Assembly (NCBI GenBank): GCA_964016885.1
Contig: OZ024744.1
Span: 54,002,001 to 54,066,000 of the forward strand
DNA: 64,000 bases
Reading direction: 5' to 3'
Source: Eledone cirrhosa
Lineage: Eukaryota
Of this stretch, positions 39,446 through 51,941 are shown one piece after another. The position numbers and the translations under genes were made by a program. The notes under the pieces are model-generated. The model did not search any database. It saw nothing but the letters and a program-made list of their open reading frames with translations, and was not told where the DNA came from. Each line of letters starts with the position of its first letter. Positions within the stretch are counted from its first letter, which is position 1.

Positions 39446-42400
39446 ATGACCTCACTCAGAATAGGCAGCATAAATGTGCGTGGCTTGGGGTCATCATGGA
39501 AGCAGGGTCACCTGCTCAACGACCTCAGGTCACTAAACATAGATGTAGTGGCCATCAGCGAGACCAGAATCTCCGAAGCACGGGCCTTCGCACCGATCTT
39601 CGGCGGCTACGATGTGTACGCATCTCCCAGCCGTCCTGGATCCGGTGGAGGATTTGCTGTGCTTTTTCGGAGAGGTTTGGATCTCGCCATACGGGCCATC
39701 TTCCTGGACCCAGAGGGTAAGCTGGTGGTTCTGGACGTGACCAGCGGAGACGGGCAAGCTTTCAGGCTAGTGGCCGTCTATGCCCCGACAGGAGCAGGGC
39801 GGCCTGATTTCTTCCGGCGTCTGGAGACCTTTCTTGGAACGTCCCGCTCTTTAGTGTTAGTGGGCGACTGGAACGGGATCTTAGATGCACGCTAGGACTG
39901 TGTGGGATTAGCGGATAGGGGTGGAGGGTGCAAGAGCCTCACCAACCTGCTCAGGCGTTTTGAACTGTCTGACAGGTACCGATTGGATTTCCAGAATGTG
40001 CCAATGTGGACTTGGACAAACCGCATAGGGTCATCCAGATCATATCTAGATAGAGTATTTTGTAGGGAAATAGATAGGTCTAGCATAGGCTGTCCACAAT
40101 TCAAGATAGTCAGCTACACGGACCACAAATTCGTGATCTGTGTGCTTGACTTAGATAGGCTTCATAGACGAGGACCCGGCTACTGGAAGCTAAACGCGTC
40201 CTTACCAGCGCGCAAGGCCTACAGAGACCGGATTAACGAACTAGTTAAGCGGGCGTTGACGGGGGCCATCGTCAACAACAAGTGGTGGTTTGCTCTGAAA
40301 AGAGCGATTAGAATAGAATAGATTAGGTTTAGTAAGGCTTTAGCAATAGAGAAAAATAGAGCAGAGGGAGAACTAGTTAGAAAATTAGACGAGGCGCTTA
40401 GCAAAGGCTATGCGACCGACGTGCTTGCGGCGAAATTGGCCCTTGACCAATTCTTCAATGCAAAGCACGAAGGCTGCGTTGTCAGAGCAAGGGTGCGTGC
40501 TCTCAGACACGAGGGGACGAAAGCCGTTCACTGGCCCGAGTGGCGGAGGCGCGTCGTGGCAACAAAGCCACGATCCGGTCTTTGGTGGACCACGACGAGC
40601 GCATGCTACTCGATCCCGGGCAAATGTGTGAAGCTTTTCAGCGACACTTCGCTCAGCTGTTCGGGGGCAGTGGTGGGCCGGGTAGAGGGTTGGACTTTAG
40701 TATCTACCTCGACGGACTGCCGCGGCTCTCGGCCACTGAGGCGAAGTGTTGCGAAAATCCGATAACAGCCGCTGAAGTACGGGGGGAAATGACTGGCTGC
40801 ACAAGGGGTAAATCGCCTGGTTTGGATGGTCTGCCCTATGAACTTTACGTACAGATGCCAGACTTGTTCGGAGGCCTCTTGGCGGACGTCTACTGCAACT
40901 GGCAACAGAACGGGAGAATTCCCAGTTCTGTGAGCCGAGGAGCGGTGGCACTGCTGAGAAAGGATCCGAACAAGGGGGATAACATAGATAATTTCAGGCC
41001 CATAACTCTGCTAAACACAGAGTTTAAGATTTTGGCCAAGGTGCTAGCAAAGAGGTTGGCGCTTGTCGTTGGTGGTCTGGTGGGAGAGGCGCAGACATGC
41101 GCCATTCCCGACAAATCCATCCACGACAACCTCCACCTCATGCGATACATCGTAGAGAGGGTAGCTAGGGAACCTGGCACGGGTGGGTCCTTGATCAATT
41201 TAGATCAGTCGAAAGCTTTCGATACGGTCGACCATCGTTACCTAGCGGCAGTCCTGAGGGCGGCTGGATTTCGGCCCGTCTTCAGAGGCTGGATCGCTGC
41301 CATGCACAGCGACATCTGCTCTGTGGTGAGAGTGAACGGTCACCTGTCGGAACCGTTCAACATCATGCGCTCGGTCCGCCAAGGATGTCCCCTCTCGTCC
41401 CTCTTGTACGTATTGACTCTCGAGCCATTACTGCACAAACTGGAGACGTTGAGGGGAGTCCCGCGCGAACTAGTATGCGGAAGATCCGTGTCAGCATATA
41501 CGGACGATGTCACCGTAGTGGTGTCGAACGCAACACACATCGAGGCGATCGGCACTACACTAAGAGAATACGAAGCGGTGACAGGAGCAATGATCAACCA
41601 GGAAAAGTCAGTGGGCCTGCAGCTCGGCACCTGGAGAGGCAGGTCCATGCCGTCCAACAGCGTCGTCGGACGCTGGACGGACGGACCGGTTAAATTGCTA
41701 GGGGTCTGGTTCGGTCCGGATCTCCAGACGGACAAAAACTGGGACGACGTGACGAACAGGGTGGCTTCTCTCACCCAGAAATGGGCGGAGAGGAATCTAT
41801 CCCTGAAAGGTCGAGCGGAAGTGGCTAACGCGTACATCGCGTCTGTCATCTGCTACCGCCTGACCGTCGTACCTTGTCCTAAGCCTCGCCTGACTGCGCT
41901 GGAGCGTTTGCTCTTTCGCTTTTTGTGGAAGGGACGTGCTCCGATGGTCAGGCGGTCCATCTGTTGTCAACACCCGCTACGTGGAGGGCTGGGCATGCCG
42001 TGGCTGATGATGCGCAGGCACGCGCTCAGGCTACGACATCTCCACCTCTTCCTCGACGGTGATCAGGTGTGGTCGCCGTTTGCTAGACACGTATTTCCCC
42101 AGCTCGTTTCCTTGACGGAGCTGCAGTCCTGGGTCAATCGAAGACCGAGAGGGAGCGCCTGGAGACTGGAATGTCTTCAGGCGCTCACAGCCCTCGACCA
42201 ATCGGGCAATGTGATCGGTTGAAACTCCACCTCGGCGTTCTATAGAGGATTAGTGGAGGGTAAGAGCGACGACGTACTTGGGGAAACTCTAGGCGTCGAC
42301 GAAAATCAACTAGCCAATCCCTTCGGAAGAACTTTCGGGCCGGGGCCTATGGACAATTTCCAGAAATCTCTGGCCTGGCAGTGCTACCGAGGAGCCTTGC

Positions 42401-42864
42401 CAGTTCGGGATAAACTCTACAGGCATGGAGGTGCCGTCAGCCGGGCATGTCCGAGATGCGCGCAGGGCGACGAAACCGTCCTCCACGCACTCGTCCAGTG
42501 TCCGAAAATTGCTGACTTGTGGGTTTATGTCGAACACCTGCTGTCGCGTTTAGGACGGATCCGGCTATCATCTGAGTCCATCGTGAGGATTGCCCCGCCC
42601 TCCTCCTTTAGCCGGGAAGGGCAGGCAGTTTTTATCTGTCTGGTTGCCATGGCGAAAGAGATAGTATGGTGGACACGTTTGAAAGGGCTGAAGACGAGCA
42701 CTTACCTCTTCGGTGATGCTCTGATTGATTTTTTCAAATTTCATTTGAAAAGGAAAATCAGAGTAGAGAGGGAAGTGCTCTCTTCCCAGCATTTTGTTGA
42801 AAGATGGGTGAGAGAAGCAAGAATGGCCCGAGTGAATGGGCCTACTCTGAGTATATATCTGTAA
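39446..42864 (+). pseudogene. Tx1 ORF2 (APE endonuclease - RT - Cys/His C-terminus), disrupted
   Basis: IGSINVRGL, VAISET, GDWNG, GYWKLN, KSPGLDGLP, NFRPITLLN, SVRQGCPLS; stops at ~39893, 40319, 42220 and a frameshift near 40535. Confidence 0.88.
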
Positions 42865-43125
42865 ATTAAAGGTGGAAAACTGGGAGAGGGCACTTGCCTT
42901 GGTGGTCAGGGTCATTGTGGCTTTTTACTGGGCTTTCTCCACAAATGTCCCTCCGAAGTCTCCCCCCTATTGGGGAATTTTTCATTGTTATTTTCATTGT
43001 TATTTTTGTTACATCCTCTGTTTTTGTTTTTTACACGCAGAAATGCCCATTTGTACCGTCCTGCATTGTCCTGCACTGTCCTTAATGTCTACTTTATGTA
43101 AACCCTTGTGGTTAATAAAGAAATC

Positions 43126-43152
43126 ATTATTATTATTATTGTTATTGTTATT
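43126..43152. repeat. (ATT)n shared by the 3' ends of Tx1 copy c and Dong copy 3
   Basis: Direct reading. Confidence 0.9.
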
Positions 43153-43226
43153 CCTTGAATCTCAGTCATTGATGTTGGTTAACTGGAAAGTCCGTTGGAT
43201 TGAATATCAAGCCACTACCTGCAGCC

Positions 43227-46200
43227 TCAGATATTCAGGACGCATCGGAGGGTTCTTGCTGTTCTAAGCAAGCATGCCTTTTGAAGCGTTCCAAAAAGCG
43301 TGAAGGGGCCGATTTTCTTTAACCATCCCTGGAAACCTTTGGAGATAGTCCCCAGTGCGCCTATGACAATCGGGATCACTTTGACTTCATGGCAGTTCCA
43401 AATCCTTTTCACCTCCCACTTTAGGTCCTGGTATCGGTTAATTTTCTCCCTCTCCTTCTCTTGCACTTTCGTGTCGAACGGGCAGGCCACATCCACAATC
43501 AGGCACGATCTTTTTTCTTTGTCCACAACCACCAGGTCAGGTCTATTGTGTTCCAGTTTTTTGTCCGTCTGTATCCTAAAATCCCACAGCACCTTCACCT
43601 GATTGTTCTCCATCACCGCCTCTGGCCTATGCTCATACCATTTCTCAGAATGTGGTAGATTGTTTACTTTGCACAGGTGCCAGTGGATCACCCTGCCCAT
43701 CACATCGTGTCTCCAGCCCTTATAGTGGGTCTGGGCTAGGTGTTTACACTCGGACACAATGTGAGCCACAGTCTCCTCTCTCTCTCCACAGATCCTGCAC
43801 AGTGGGCTGGCCTCCTCCTTGTAGATATGGTGCTTCAACCACTTCGTTTTGAGGGCCTGCTCCTGCGCAGCCATTAGCATTCCTTCTGTAGCCTTTTTGA
43901 GGTCTCCTCTTCTCAACCAGTTCCATGTCTGTGGATCTCTAAATTCAGTTTTCTCAAAGAAGGTACTATGAAGGGATTTTCCCTTAAGGCTGCTCTTCCT
44001 CCTTGATGTTATTTCCTCCCTGGACATCCCCTGGCCTACTGTCCCCTCCTTCAGTACAGCTCTGAGCATTGGCTCCTTACTATATGTCACGTATTTGTAT
44101 AGGTTGTTTTTCTCCATCTGAACACAGTCCTCTATGCTGATAAGACCTCTTCCACCCTCAGATCTCCTTAGGTAGAGTCTATCGACATCACTCCTCTTGT
44201 GGAACATGTTGTAGATAGTCAATAGCTTCCTAGTCTTCCTATTCATTTCTTTCTGTTCAGCAACATTCCATCTCAGAATTCCCGCACTGTACCTAATAAT
44301 AGACACAGCTCGGGAATTTACTGCGCTTATGGCATTTCTGCTGTTCAGATGTGACTTCAATACGCTCCTTACTCTCCGAATGTATTCAGTTCTTAACAAT
44401 TCCTTCATTTTTTTGTTCTTTATGCCATCAGCCTCCAGAACGCCCAAATACTTGTATCCTTCCTCAGAGTCAATTTCCTTTATCATCTCACCTGTTGGTA
44501 TCTGGATCCCGTTACTTCTGCTCAACCTACCCCTCTTCATCACAATGACTCCACATTTACCAATACCAAACTGCATACATATATCACTGCTGAAAATACG
44601 GACAGTGTCAACAAGCACATCCAACTCCTTCTCACTTTTCCCGAAGAGCTTAAGATCGTCCATGAAGAGGAGGTGATTGATGGTAAGCTCTCCCCTTCCC
44701 AACTTGTATCCTGCTCTCACTTTTCGCAGCATAATGGTCAAGGGCATCAGGGCAAGGACAAACAACAGAGGGGACAGGCTATCTCCCTGGAAGATACCTC
44801 TCTTGATCTTCACGCTTCCCAAGGATACTCCAGTTGATGTCAACTCTGTCTCCCAGGACCCCATACTCCTGCCTAGCAACTGTCTGATGTTATCCGCCAC
44901 CCTGAAGATCTCCAGGCTTTTGGTGATCCAGGAATGAGGCACCATGTCAAATGCCTTTCTGTAGTCTATCCATCCCATGGCAAGATCAGTGTGTCTCCTC
45001 CTGCAATTCCCCATTACCATCTTATCAATAAGCAACTGGTCCTTTGTACCACGTGACTTCTTTCGGCATCCTTTCTGTTCGTCCGGTAACAAGTTGTTTG
45101 TGTGGAGGTGATGGTAGATTTCCTCAGACACAATGCTCGTCAACAGTTTCCACATTACGGGCAGACATGTGATAGGTCTATAGTTGGTAGCATCATTACC
45201 CTTGATTCGGTCTTTCATTATCAGAACTGTGGTACCTTTTGTCAACCACTCTGGCACCTCACCCGACACCAAGCAGTCATTGAACATGGCCGTCAGCTTC
45301 GGGTGGAGGGATGTTAGATGTTTAATCCAATACCCCTGCACACCATCTGGGCCTGGCGATTTCCAGTTGGTTAGTTTTTTGGCTTGTCCCTTAAGAGTTT
45401 CAACTGTGATACTCAAATCAGTCTGTTGCTGTGCCTGCTCACCGATCTCCCTCTGTACTGTCTCAATCCACCCTGCCTGGGCATTGTGTCTAACATCCTG
45501 CTCCCATATTCCTCTCCAGAATGTTTTAGTTTGCTCCGCCCCAGGGATCAAGTCGTTGCCTCTTTCTTTGCCCTCAAGCTGTCCAAACAGCATCTTCTGG
45601 TTGTTGTCGAACATGCGGTTCTGTTTATACTGACTGACTCTGTTCTCGTATCGCCTGATTTTTGCACTCTTTGCTACAATGCGTTGCTTCAATTCCTCTA
45701 TGATAATATTTAGCTTTTTACTCCTAGTTTTGTATTTTATTTCCAGTCTATTTTTAGTGCCTATGTTTTTTAGTGTCCCATTCAGTAGTGACTCAAGCTT
45801 TCCTATGTCATTTCTCATTTCCCCGATTTGCCCACTCAGTCGCTTCTTCCACCACGGCTCTGCTCTTTCTTGTCTGTTGTTTCCTCTCGCTTTTATACCA
45901 AGTAGTTTCCTCACCGTATTTGCTGTTGCTCTGAGGATATTGTTGCACTGGTGAAGGCTCCTCGCCTCAAGGTATGGGATGACTTTGTTTACCTTAGCTG
46001 TTGTTTCTTTTAACTTTTTCCTGTCTACAAATCTTAGGTTCATAGGTCTCCCACTATCATTGTTCAATTCATCTACCACTAAATTTAGGATGTCAACCGA
46101 ATCTTGTCCTAGCCCGTCAGCATTCATCTCCTCAGTGGCCGTATCTCTGTTCCAGGTATTATTTATCTCAGTACTCAGATCATTGTCTGCTTCGGGTGGT

Positions 46201-46619
46201 TCCTCCGTTCTCAGGACCTCCTCACCTTCATTTCCCACCGGCTCGCTTGTCTGGCATACTACACCCGCCATCTCCAAGCCATTCTCTCTGCTCAGTTCCT
46301 CCAGTTCCAGCTCGCTTATCCACCCATTAGTTCTTATTACCCGAGCCTGCCCGGCCAATTTTTGTTCATCTAATTTAAATAAACCAATCTCGTTCCAGAT
46401 GTTATGCATCCGTCTCCTGTAGCCCCTCTCCTTGGGGTTACTTTTCAGGTAGCATTGCATAACAGTTCTATTCAATTCTTTCGTCCAGTTGGTTCTGGCC
46501 CCTTTCCTTCTTCTCCTTCCTCCAACATCAGCAGTATTTGGTTGACAGTCAGGTTCCTGCTGCTGAGCCAGGGGGCACCTGTTGGGTGAGAGTCTGTCAC
46601 ATGACGTTCTAGTCTCCAT
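43227..46619 (-). CDS. Intact 1130-aa RT/RLE polyprotein, near-identical to 273-3665
   Basis: Same motifs; about 17 substitutions by eye. Confidence 0.93.
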   Translation of the reverse strand: METRTSCDRLSPNRCPLAQQQEPDCQPNTADVGGRRRRKGARTNWTKELNRTVMQCYLKSNPKERGYRRRMHNIWNEIGLFKLDEQKLAGQARVIRTNGWISELELEELSRENGLEMAGVVCQTSEPVGNEGEEVLRTEEPPEADNDLSTEINNTWNRDTATEEMNADGLGQDSVDILNLVVDELNNDSGRPMNLRFVDRKKLKETTAKVNKVIPYLEARSLHQCNNILRATANTVRKLLGIKARGNNRQERAEPWWKKRLSGQIGEMRNDIGKLESLLNGTLKNIGTKNRLEIKYKTRSKKLNIIIEELKQRIVAKSAKIRRYENRVSQYKQNRMFDNNQKMLFGQLEGKERGNDLIPGAEQTKTFWRGIWEQDVRHNAQAGWIETVQREIGEQAQQQTDLSITVETLKGQAKKLTNWKSPGPDGVQGYWIKHLTSLHPKLTAMFNDCLVSGEVPEWLTKGTTVLIMKDRIKGNDATNYRPITCLPVMWKLLTSIVSEEIYHHLHTNNLLPDEQKGCRKKSRGTKDQLLIDKMVMGNCRRRHTDLAMGWIDYRKAFDMVPHSWITKSLEIFRVADNIRQLLGRSMGSWETELTSTGVSLGSVKIKRGIFQGDSLSPLLFVLALMPLTIMLRKVRAGYKLGRGELTINHLLFMDDLKLFGKSEKELDVLVDTVRIFSSDICMQFGIGKCGVIVMKRGRLSRSNGIQIPTGEMIKEIDSEEGYKYLGVLEADGIKNKKMKELLRTEYIRRVRSVLKSHLNSRNAISAVNSRAVSIIRYSAGILRWNVAEQKEMNRKTRKLLTIYNMFHKRSDVDRLYLRRSEGGRGLISIEDCVQMEKNNLYKYVTYSKEPMLRAVLKEGTVGQGMSREEITSRRKSSLKGKSLHSTFFEKTEFRDPQTWNWLRRGDLKKATEGMLMAAQEQALKTKWLKHHIYKEEASPLCRICGEREETVAHIVSECKHLAQTHYKGWRHDVMGRVIHWHLCKVNNLPHSEKWYEHRPEAVMENNQVKVLWDFRIQTDKKLEHNRPDLVVVDKEKRSCLIVDVACPFDTKVQEKEREKINRYQDLKWEVKRIWNCHEVKVIPIVIGALGTISKGFQGWLKKIGPFTLFGTLQKACLLRTARTLRCVLNI

Positions 46620-46923
46620 TTCACCGTTATTCGAACTGTTTATGTTCGATATTTAAACACTCTTATCGAGGATTGGCGAATGTATGTTTACATAGCCATC
46701 TGTGGATCCGCCATCCCACTTGGCCCTTGTGTGGCATTATCACCACGCTGTATACGAACACACATAAACAAACAAACACACAGGCAGAAAGGGCCCCAGA
46801 AATGAATAAGCATAAGTTTCATTGTAATGTAGTGTTCGAATGTCTGACTTAGTTTTAGTTTTTTAAGTTTTACTTTTTCCCCCCTCTTCTCTGTCCGTCC
46901 GCCTGCTTCTCTCTTCATTCTTA

Positions 46924-48225
46924 TTTTCTTTACGTTTTTGGGGTTTCTTTTTTTTGTTTTTGTTTTTCTCTGTTTGTTTTTCTCGTTTTTTTGCTGTTGT
47001 TGCTGTGCTGCTTTGGTTTTGTTGTTTGTTTTTTCTTTTTTCTTTTGGGTCTATCTATATATTTTGATGCCTTCCTCTTTGTTAGTAGTAGGAATTCTAT
47101 AATGTGGAAGTAACAGCCAGCAGGGAAGTGGGAGACTGGCGGCGTTAGCGATACTGAGACAGTGGTGGTGGTGATGTCGATACCGAGGCAGTGGTGGCGG
47201 TGATGTGACCGTATTACTGTAGTGATGGTGCTGTAGCGGAGTCAAGGGGTGGTGGCGGCGGTGCTGGGATAGTGGTGGTAATGATGGCCGTAGTGAGCGG
47301 TGGCGGTGAAGGTGAAAATGTGTCGTTATCTGGCTGTTGTGTTTAGTGTACACAGATGATGGGGTGGGTGGTGTATCTAGTTTCTGGTGTTGGTGAGTTT
47401 AGCTGTCCTATATAGTGTAGCCAGAGGAGAGGAGGGGAGGGGTTCTTCTTCCATTTATAGCCATTTTTTTTTTTTTTTTTTTTTTTTTGGGATATACAGT
47501 GTACAATACAAAGTTGAATATTTGAATATTTGAGCCTTATAACAATATATTTTCTTTACGTTTTGAGCCTTATAACAATATATTTTCTTTACGTTTTGAG
47601 CCTTATAACAATATATTTTCTTTACGTTTTTGGGGTTTCTTTTTTTTGTTTTTGTTTTTCTCTGTTTGTTTTTCTCGTTTTTTGCTGTTGTTGCTGTGCT
47701 GCTTTGGTTTTGTTGTTTGTTTTTCTTTTTTCTTTTGGGTCTATCTATATATTTTGATGCCTTCCTCTTTGTTAGTAGTAGGAATTCTATAATGTGGGAG
47801 TAGCAGCCAGCAGGGAAGTGGGAGACTGGCGGCGTTAGCGATACTGAGACAGTGGTGGTGGTGATGTCGATACCGAGGCAGTGGTGGCGGTGATGTGACC
47901 GTATTACTGTAGTGATGGTGCTGCAGCGGAGTCAAGGGGTGGTGGCGGCGGTGATGGGATAGTGGTGGTAATGATGGCCGTAGTGAGCGGTGGCGGTGAA
48001 GGTGAAAATGTGTCGTTATCTGGCTGTTGTGTTTAGTGTACACATATGATGGGGTGGGTGGTGTATCTAGTTTCTGGTGTTGGTGAGTTTAGCTGTCCTA
48101 TATAGTGTAGCCAGAGGAGAGGAGGGGAGGGGTTCTTCTTCCATTTATAGCCATTTTTTTTTGGATATACAGTGTACAATACAAAGTTGAATATTTGAAT
48201 ATTTGAGCCTTATAACAATATATTT
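46924..48225. repeat. ~690-bp tandem duplication in the Dong 5' UTR, with a short (~33-bp) repeated unit at the junction
   Basis: 46924-47560 approximately equals 47614-48225; ttgagccttataacaatatattttctttacgtt x3 at 47529-47630. Confidence 0.85.
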
Positions 48226-48367
48226 TGGGTCCGAATTTTTTGGGGCTCAAGCCGGGTGCTTTACGTAGCATTTGTGCTAAGAGTTGTTATTTCACAAATG
48301 GTTTAAATATGTTAAAAATTCAAAACTTACGGGAGCGATTTCATGACCTCCGTCACCTCGTGCGTCT

Positions 48368-48406
<39 letters not shown>

Positions 48407-48408
<2 letters not shown>

Positions 48409-49450
48409 GTTGCATTTATCTTGCTTTATGTTCATACGAGTTATCACCAAGTCACAACCAGTGACCTCAAGAGACAACAAGGTCCGCCATGTTCAAGAAA
48501 GAACATACATACTCACACATGCATCTTTAGTGTTTAGACTTGTGATGTACTTATATTGACGGAATCTTCCTTAGTATATGGGCAGTTCCCATTAGTACTA
48601 TCTTTTGTATTTCTCCTATACGCGGGTTTCCTGGGATTTGCGATAAGTAATCATTAGACCCCTTAGGTATCATTCCCAGAGCGCCTACAACTACTGGTAT
48701 TGTTTTAGTTCTCAATTTCTACATTTTTCCAATTTCTATCTCCAGGTCCTTATACTTGCTCAATTTTTCAAATGTTTTTATAGATACATTCTTGTCTATT
48801 GGAACGGACATATCAATTAGCAGACATACCCTCTTTTTAAAGTCCTTCAATATTATATCAGGTCTATTTGCATCTATTTTTCGGTCTGTTTGGATGCTAA
48901 AGTTCCACAAGATTGAGATGTGATCTTTTTCTAGTATGGGAGGTTGTTGATGCTCCCACCAATTCTTTTGATGGGGCAGGTCAAAATGCTTACACATTAT
49001 CCAATGTATGTATTGTGCAGCTCTGTCATGCCTGTTTAGGTATTCGGTTGGAGCTATAGGACTGCACATTGAAATTATATGGTCAATGGTCTCTGGTTGT
49101 TTTTTACATACACGGCATAATGGGCTGCATCCATTTTTTATTATGTTGCCTTGGTAATTTTTTGTTGGCAGACACTGATCTTTTGCTGATATAATCAGTC
49201 CTTCAGTCTCCGATTTCAGTCCAGAGGATGCCAACCACTGATGGGTTAAAGTTTTGTCAACATCAGGATTGTTAGCTCGTTCTGGGTATTTTCCATACAG
49301 AGGCTTTTCTTGCCATTTCTTAGCCAGTTTCTGTAGCAGTTGTTTCTTCGCAGTTATTTTTACCTGCTTTGCTTTTTCTGTGTTTTCCATTTCAGCAGTA
49401 AATGGGACTTCTGAGATGTGTAGTCCATTACTGGTACCTCACCTAACATC
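48407..49450 (-). mobile_element. 5'-truncated RLE element of a third R4/Dong-like family (knuckle + endonuclease)
   Basis: LKSETEGLI, CRVC..ETIDHIISMC, RHD, RPDIIL..LIDMSVP, KLSKYKDL; (ATT)n on both sides. Confidence 0.85.
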
Positions 49451-49451
49451 A

Positions 49452-49483
<32 letters not shown>

Positions 49484-49770
49484 CTCCTCCCCCTCCTCCT
49501 CCTCCTCCTCTTCTTCTTCTTCTGACAAGTAAAGGCTCTACCAGGAGTGACTCTGATGTCTGAGCTACGCACTTTATCGAGTAACGTTACTCCAAAGACC
49601 CTTCAGAGGAACCCCATTTCGGCCACTTGTATTGGCGATCCTATCCTTTCGGTCATTGCCCAAGATTCATGACCAAAGGAAAGGGTTAGCACAAAAACCA
49701 AATTGAAGATAGCGAGTTTGGTACACATGAATCAGCAAGAGAGTACCTCCTCACACTCACACACACACAC

Positions 49771-49816
<46 letters not shown>

Positions 49817-49957
49817 GCACACAAATAAACATACATATCTTTACTTTCTTTATTCAATAGAAAATCTGAATTCTGACACCCCAGCGAACTAACCATATAC
49901 ACTGAACCAGAACAATTCTCCTATCCCATTTCTCTTGACCATTATCTTTTACTTATC

Positions 49958-50121
49958 GGTAGAGGGTCGGACGCCATGCTTTCCAGCATAGTTACGTCCC
50001 TTTACGATCTGAGTTCAAATCCCGCCGAGGTTAACTTTGCCTTTCATCCTTACGGGGTCGATAAAATAAAGTACCAGTAATGCACTGGATAATTGCTGGC
50101 CTTGTGCCTAAAGTAGAAACA
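49958..50121 (+). mobile_element. SINE, slightly 5'-truncated, with 17-bp target-site duplication
   Basis: attatcttttacttatc at 49941-49957 and 50122-50138. Confidence 0.85.
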
Positions 50122-50606
50122 ATTATCTTTTACTTATCATAAAATTCTCTAAAAAGGCTACAGAATTGATTTCCAAATAAGGGCGCGAATATTTGATGAA
50201 AACTTGTTCACGTGACAGCCATAAATTCATTTATAACCAATCAAATTACGTTTATTAAAAAAAAGCCTTCGTGAGCCCCCTTTTTAAGTAAAAAGAAATT
50301 CAAACACTCATATATGAAAAAAAAAAACCTGTGACACCCCCCACCCCCACCCCCTTGTTTGAAGAACTTTGTAACGGGAAATGGCGCGAAATTTATTATA
50401 ATTATTGACCAACCAATCAAATTACTTCTCCAAAAACCTGGCATTTCGAGCCACTTTTTCCATATAAAACAAGTAACATTCAGAGACCAACCAGATGTGA
50501 GAAAAACCACAGACCCTCCATCTCAACTCTACTTTTGAAAAGCAGAAGAACTGCGAAACCGGTAAAGGAACCAAATAAATATATATTTATTTCATCTTTT
50601 TTTCTA

Positions 50607-50659
<53 letters not shown>

Positions 50660-51132
50660 CCTGCTACTAATTTTGTCTCCCAAGTTGTGAATTAGACTGG
50701 TTATTTACGCACGTGGCTGACACATTTCAGCTCGCTACGATATTGGTATATAATGGATGATCGCATTTAATGTCCGTTAAAGGTTCTTGGCACTACCTTT
50801 GTTACCATCGCTTTCCTCTAGCCATGGGGCTTGCAGACATGAACCGAATGCTACCATTCAATTTTATATCAATGTGAACTGCTATTTCTTTTCATCCCTT
50901 GATAATTTGTGTGTGAGACACGTTGTCTGAGGGCTTCTGACACGAACTAATAGATTGATTCTTTATAGCTTCCCGTCCCCACGTAAAATTTGTAAATCAG
51001 TGGCTAGTTGAGAGATAGAGTCCTATCGGTTGCCAGTTGATCGCTTTACCGTGTCGGTTGTAACAAACAGTCATTATCGGCACGGGCCTGTGTCTGGATT
51101 ATGTCGATCGATTGGTTATTGATTAGGCGATA

Positions 51133-51242
51133 CTCGCTGATGAAGCAGCATAAGCCGATTGTGCATTGTTGCATAATATATGCAGACAGATAGTGCAGTG
51201 CACGTTACTGCTGCATTAGTGCTGCAGAAACTCGAGTCCGGG
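51133..51242 (+). ncRNA. Type I hammerhead ribozyme, extended stem II, palindromic stem III
   Basis: ctcg CTGATGA a gcagca...tgctgc a GAAA ctcgag TC cggg. Confidence 0.7.
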
Positions 51243-51394
51243 AACCTTATGTGCACCCAATTTACGTGTGTTGTGTTGAGGCAAATAACTATGTGTGTGA
51301 GACACGTAATGTATCTTACATTGTCCATTGAGTGCGCTGAGATACAACCGGTACTGGCATTGAAAAATATGGTGGGTCCGTCAACCCTTATTAT

Positions 51395-51457
<63 letters not shown>

Positions 51458-51540
51458 GGAGGTGAGTTTTATTGTAGTACAATAAAGCAATGCAGATATC
51501 GGATAAGAAGCACTCTACAGTTTGTAGGACTGGAGTATGC

Positions 51541-51870
51541 ATAATATAAGATCAAAAGATGGTTAAAGGAGTTCCATGTATTTTATTATGCGCATTTCAA
51601 AAACAAACATCATCATGCAATAATATTTGTGTTTTCATCAGATAAAACAGGAGAACATGATATGAAGGCTAAAAAACACTTGTGGATAGTGCAGTTTTAA
51701 ATCAACATATATGTTGATTTAAAACTGCACTATCCACAAGTGTTTTTTAGCCTTCATATCATGTTCTCCTGTTTTATCTGATGAAAACACAAATATTATT
51801 GCATGATGATGTTTGTTTTTGAAATGCGCATAATAAAATACATGGAACTCCTTTAACCATCTTTTGATCT

Positions 51871-51878
<8 letters not shown>
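51541..51878. repeat. 338-bp perfect spacerless palindrome
   Basis: Arms are reverse complements around 51709/51710 (aaatcaacata|tatgttgattt). Confidence 0.92.
51770..51840 (+). ncRNA. Type I hammerhead ribozyme (mirror copy on minus strand 51579-51649)
   Basis: tgttttat CTGATGA ..acaaatatt/gatgtttgt.. GAAA tgcgca TA ataaaata. Confidence 0.7.

Positions 51879-51941
<63 letters not shown>

Larger units (their letters stand above)
37098..43125 (+). mobile_element. L1/Tx1-clade element copy c, full length (~6.0 kb), head-to-tail after copy b
   Basis: ORF1 intact, ORF2 with stops; (ATT)n on both sides; AATAAA near the 3' end. Confidence 0.9.
43153..48370 (-). mobile_element. R4/Dong-clade element copy 3, full length, with duplicated 5' UTR segment
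   Basis: Intact ORF; bounded by (ATT)n at both ends; 5' end matches 3797-3900. Confidence 0.92.

Noticed and set aside
47529-47630. Short ~33-bp direct repeats resembling a CRISPR array
   Set aside because: Contiguous tandem copies without spacers, inside a eukaryotic retrotransposon UTR
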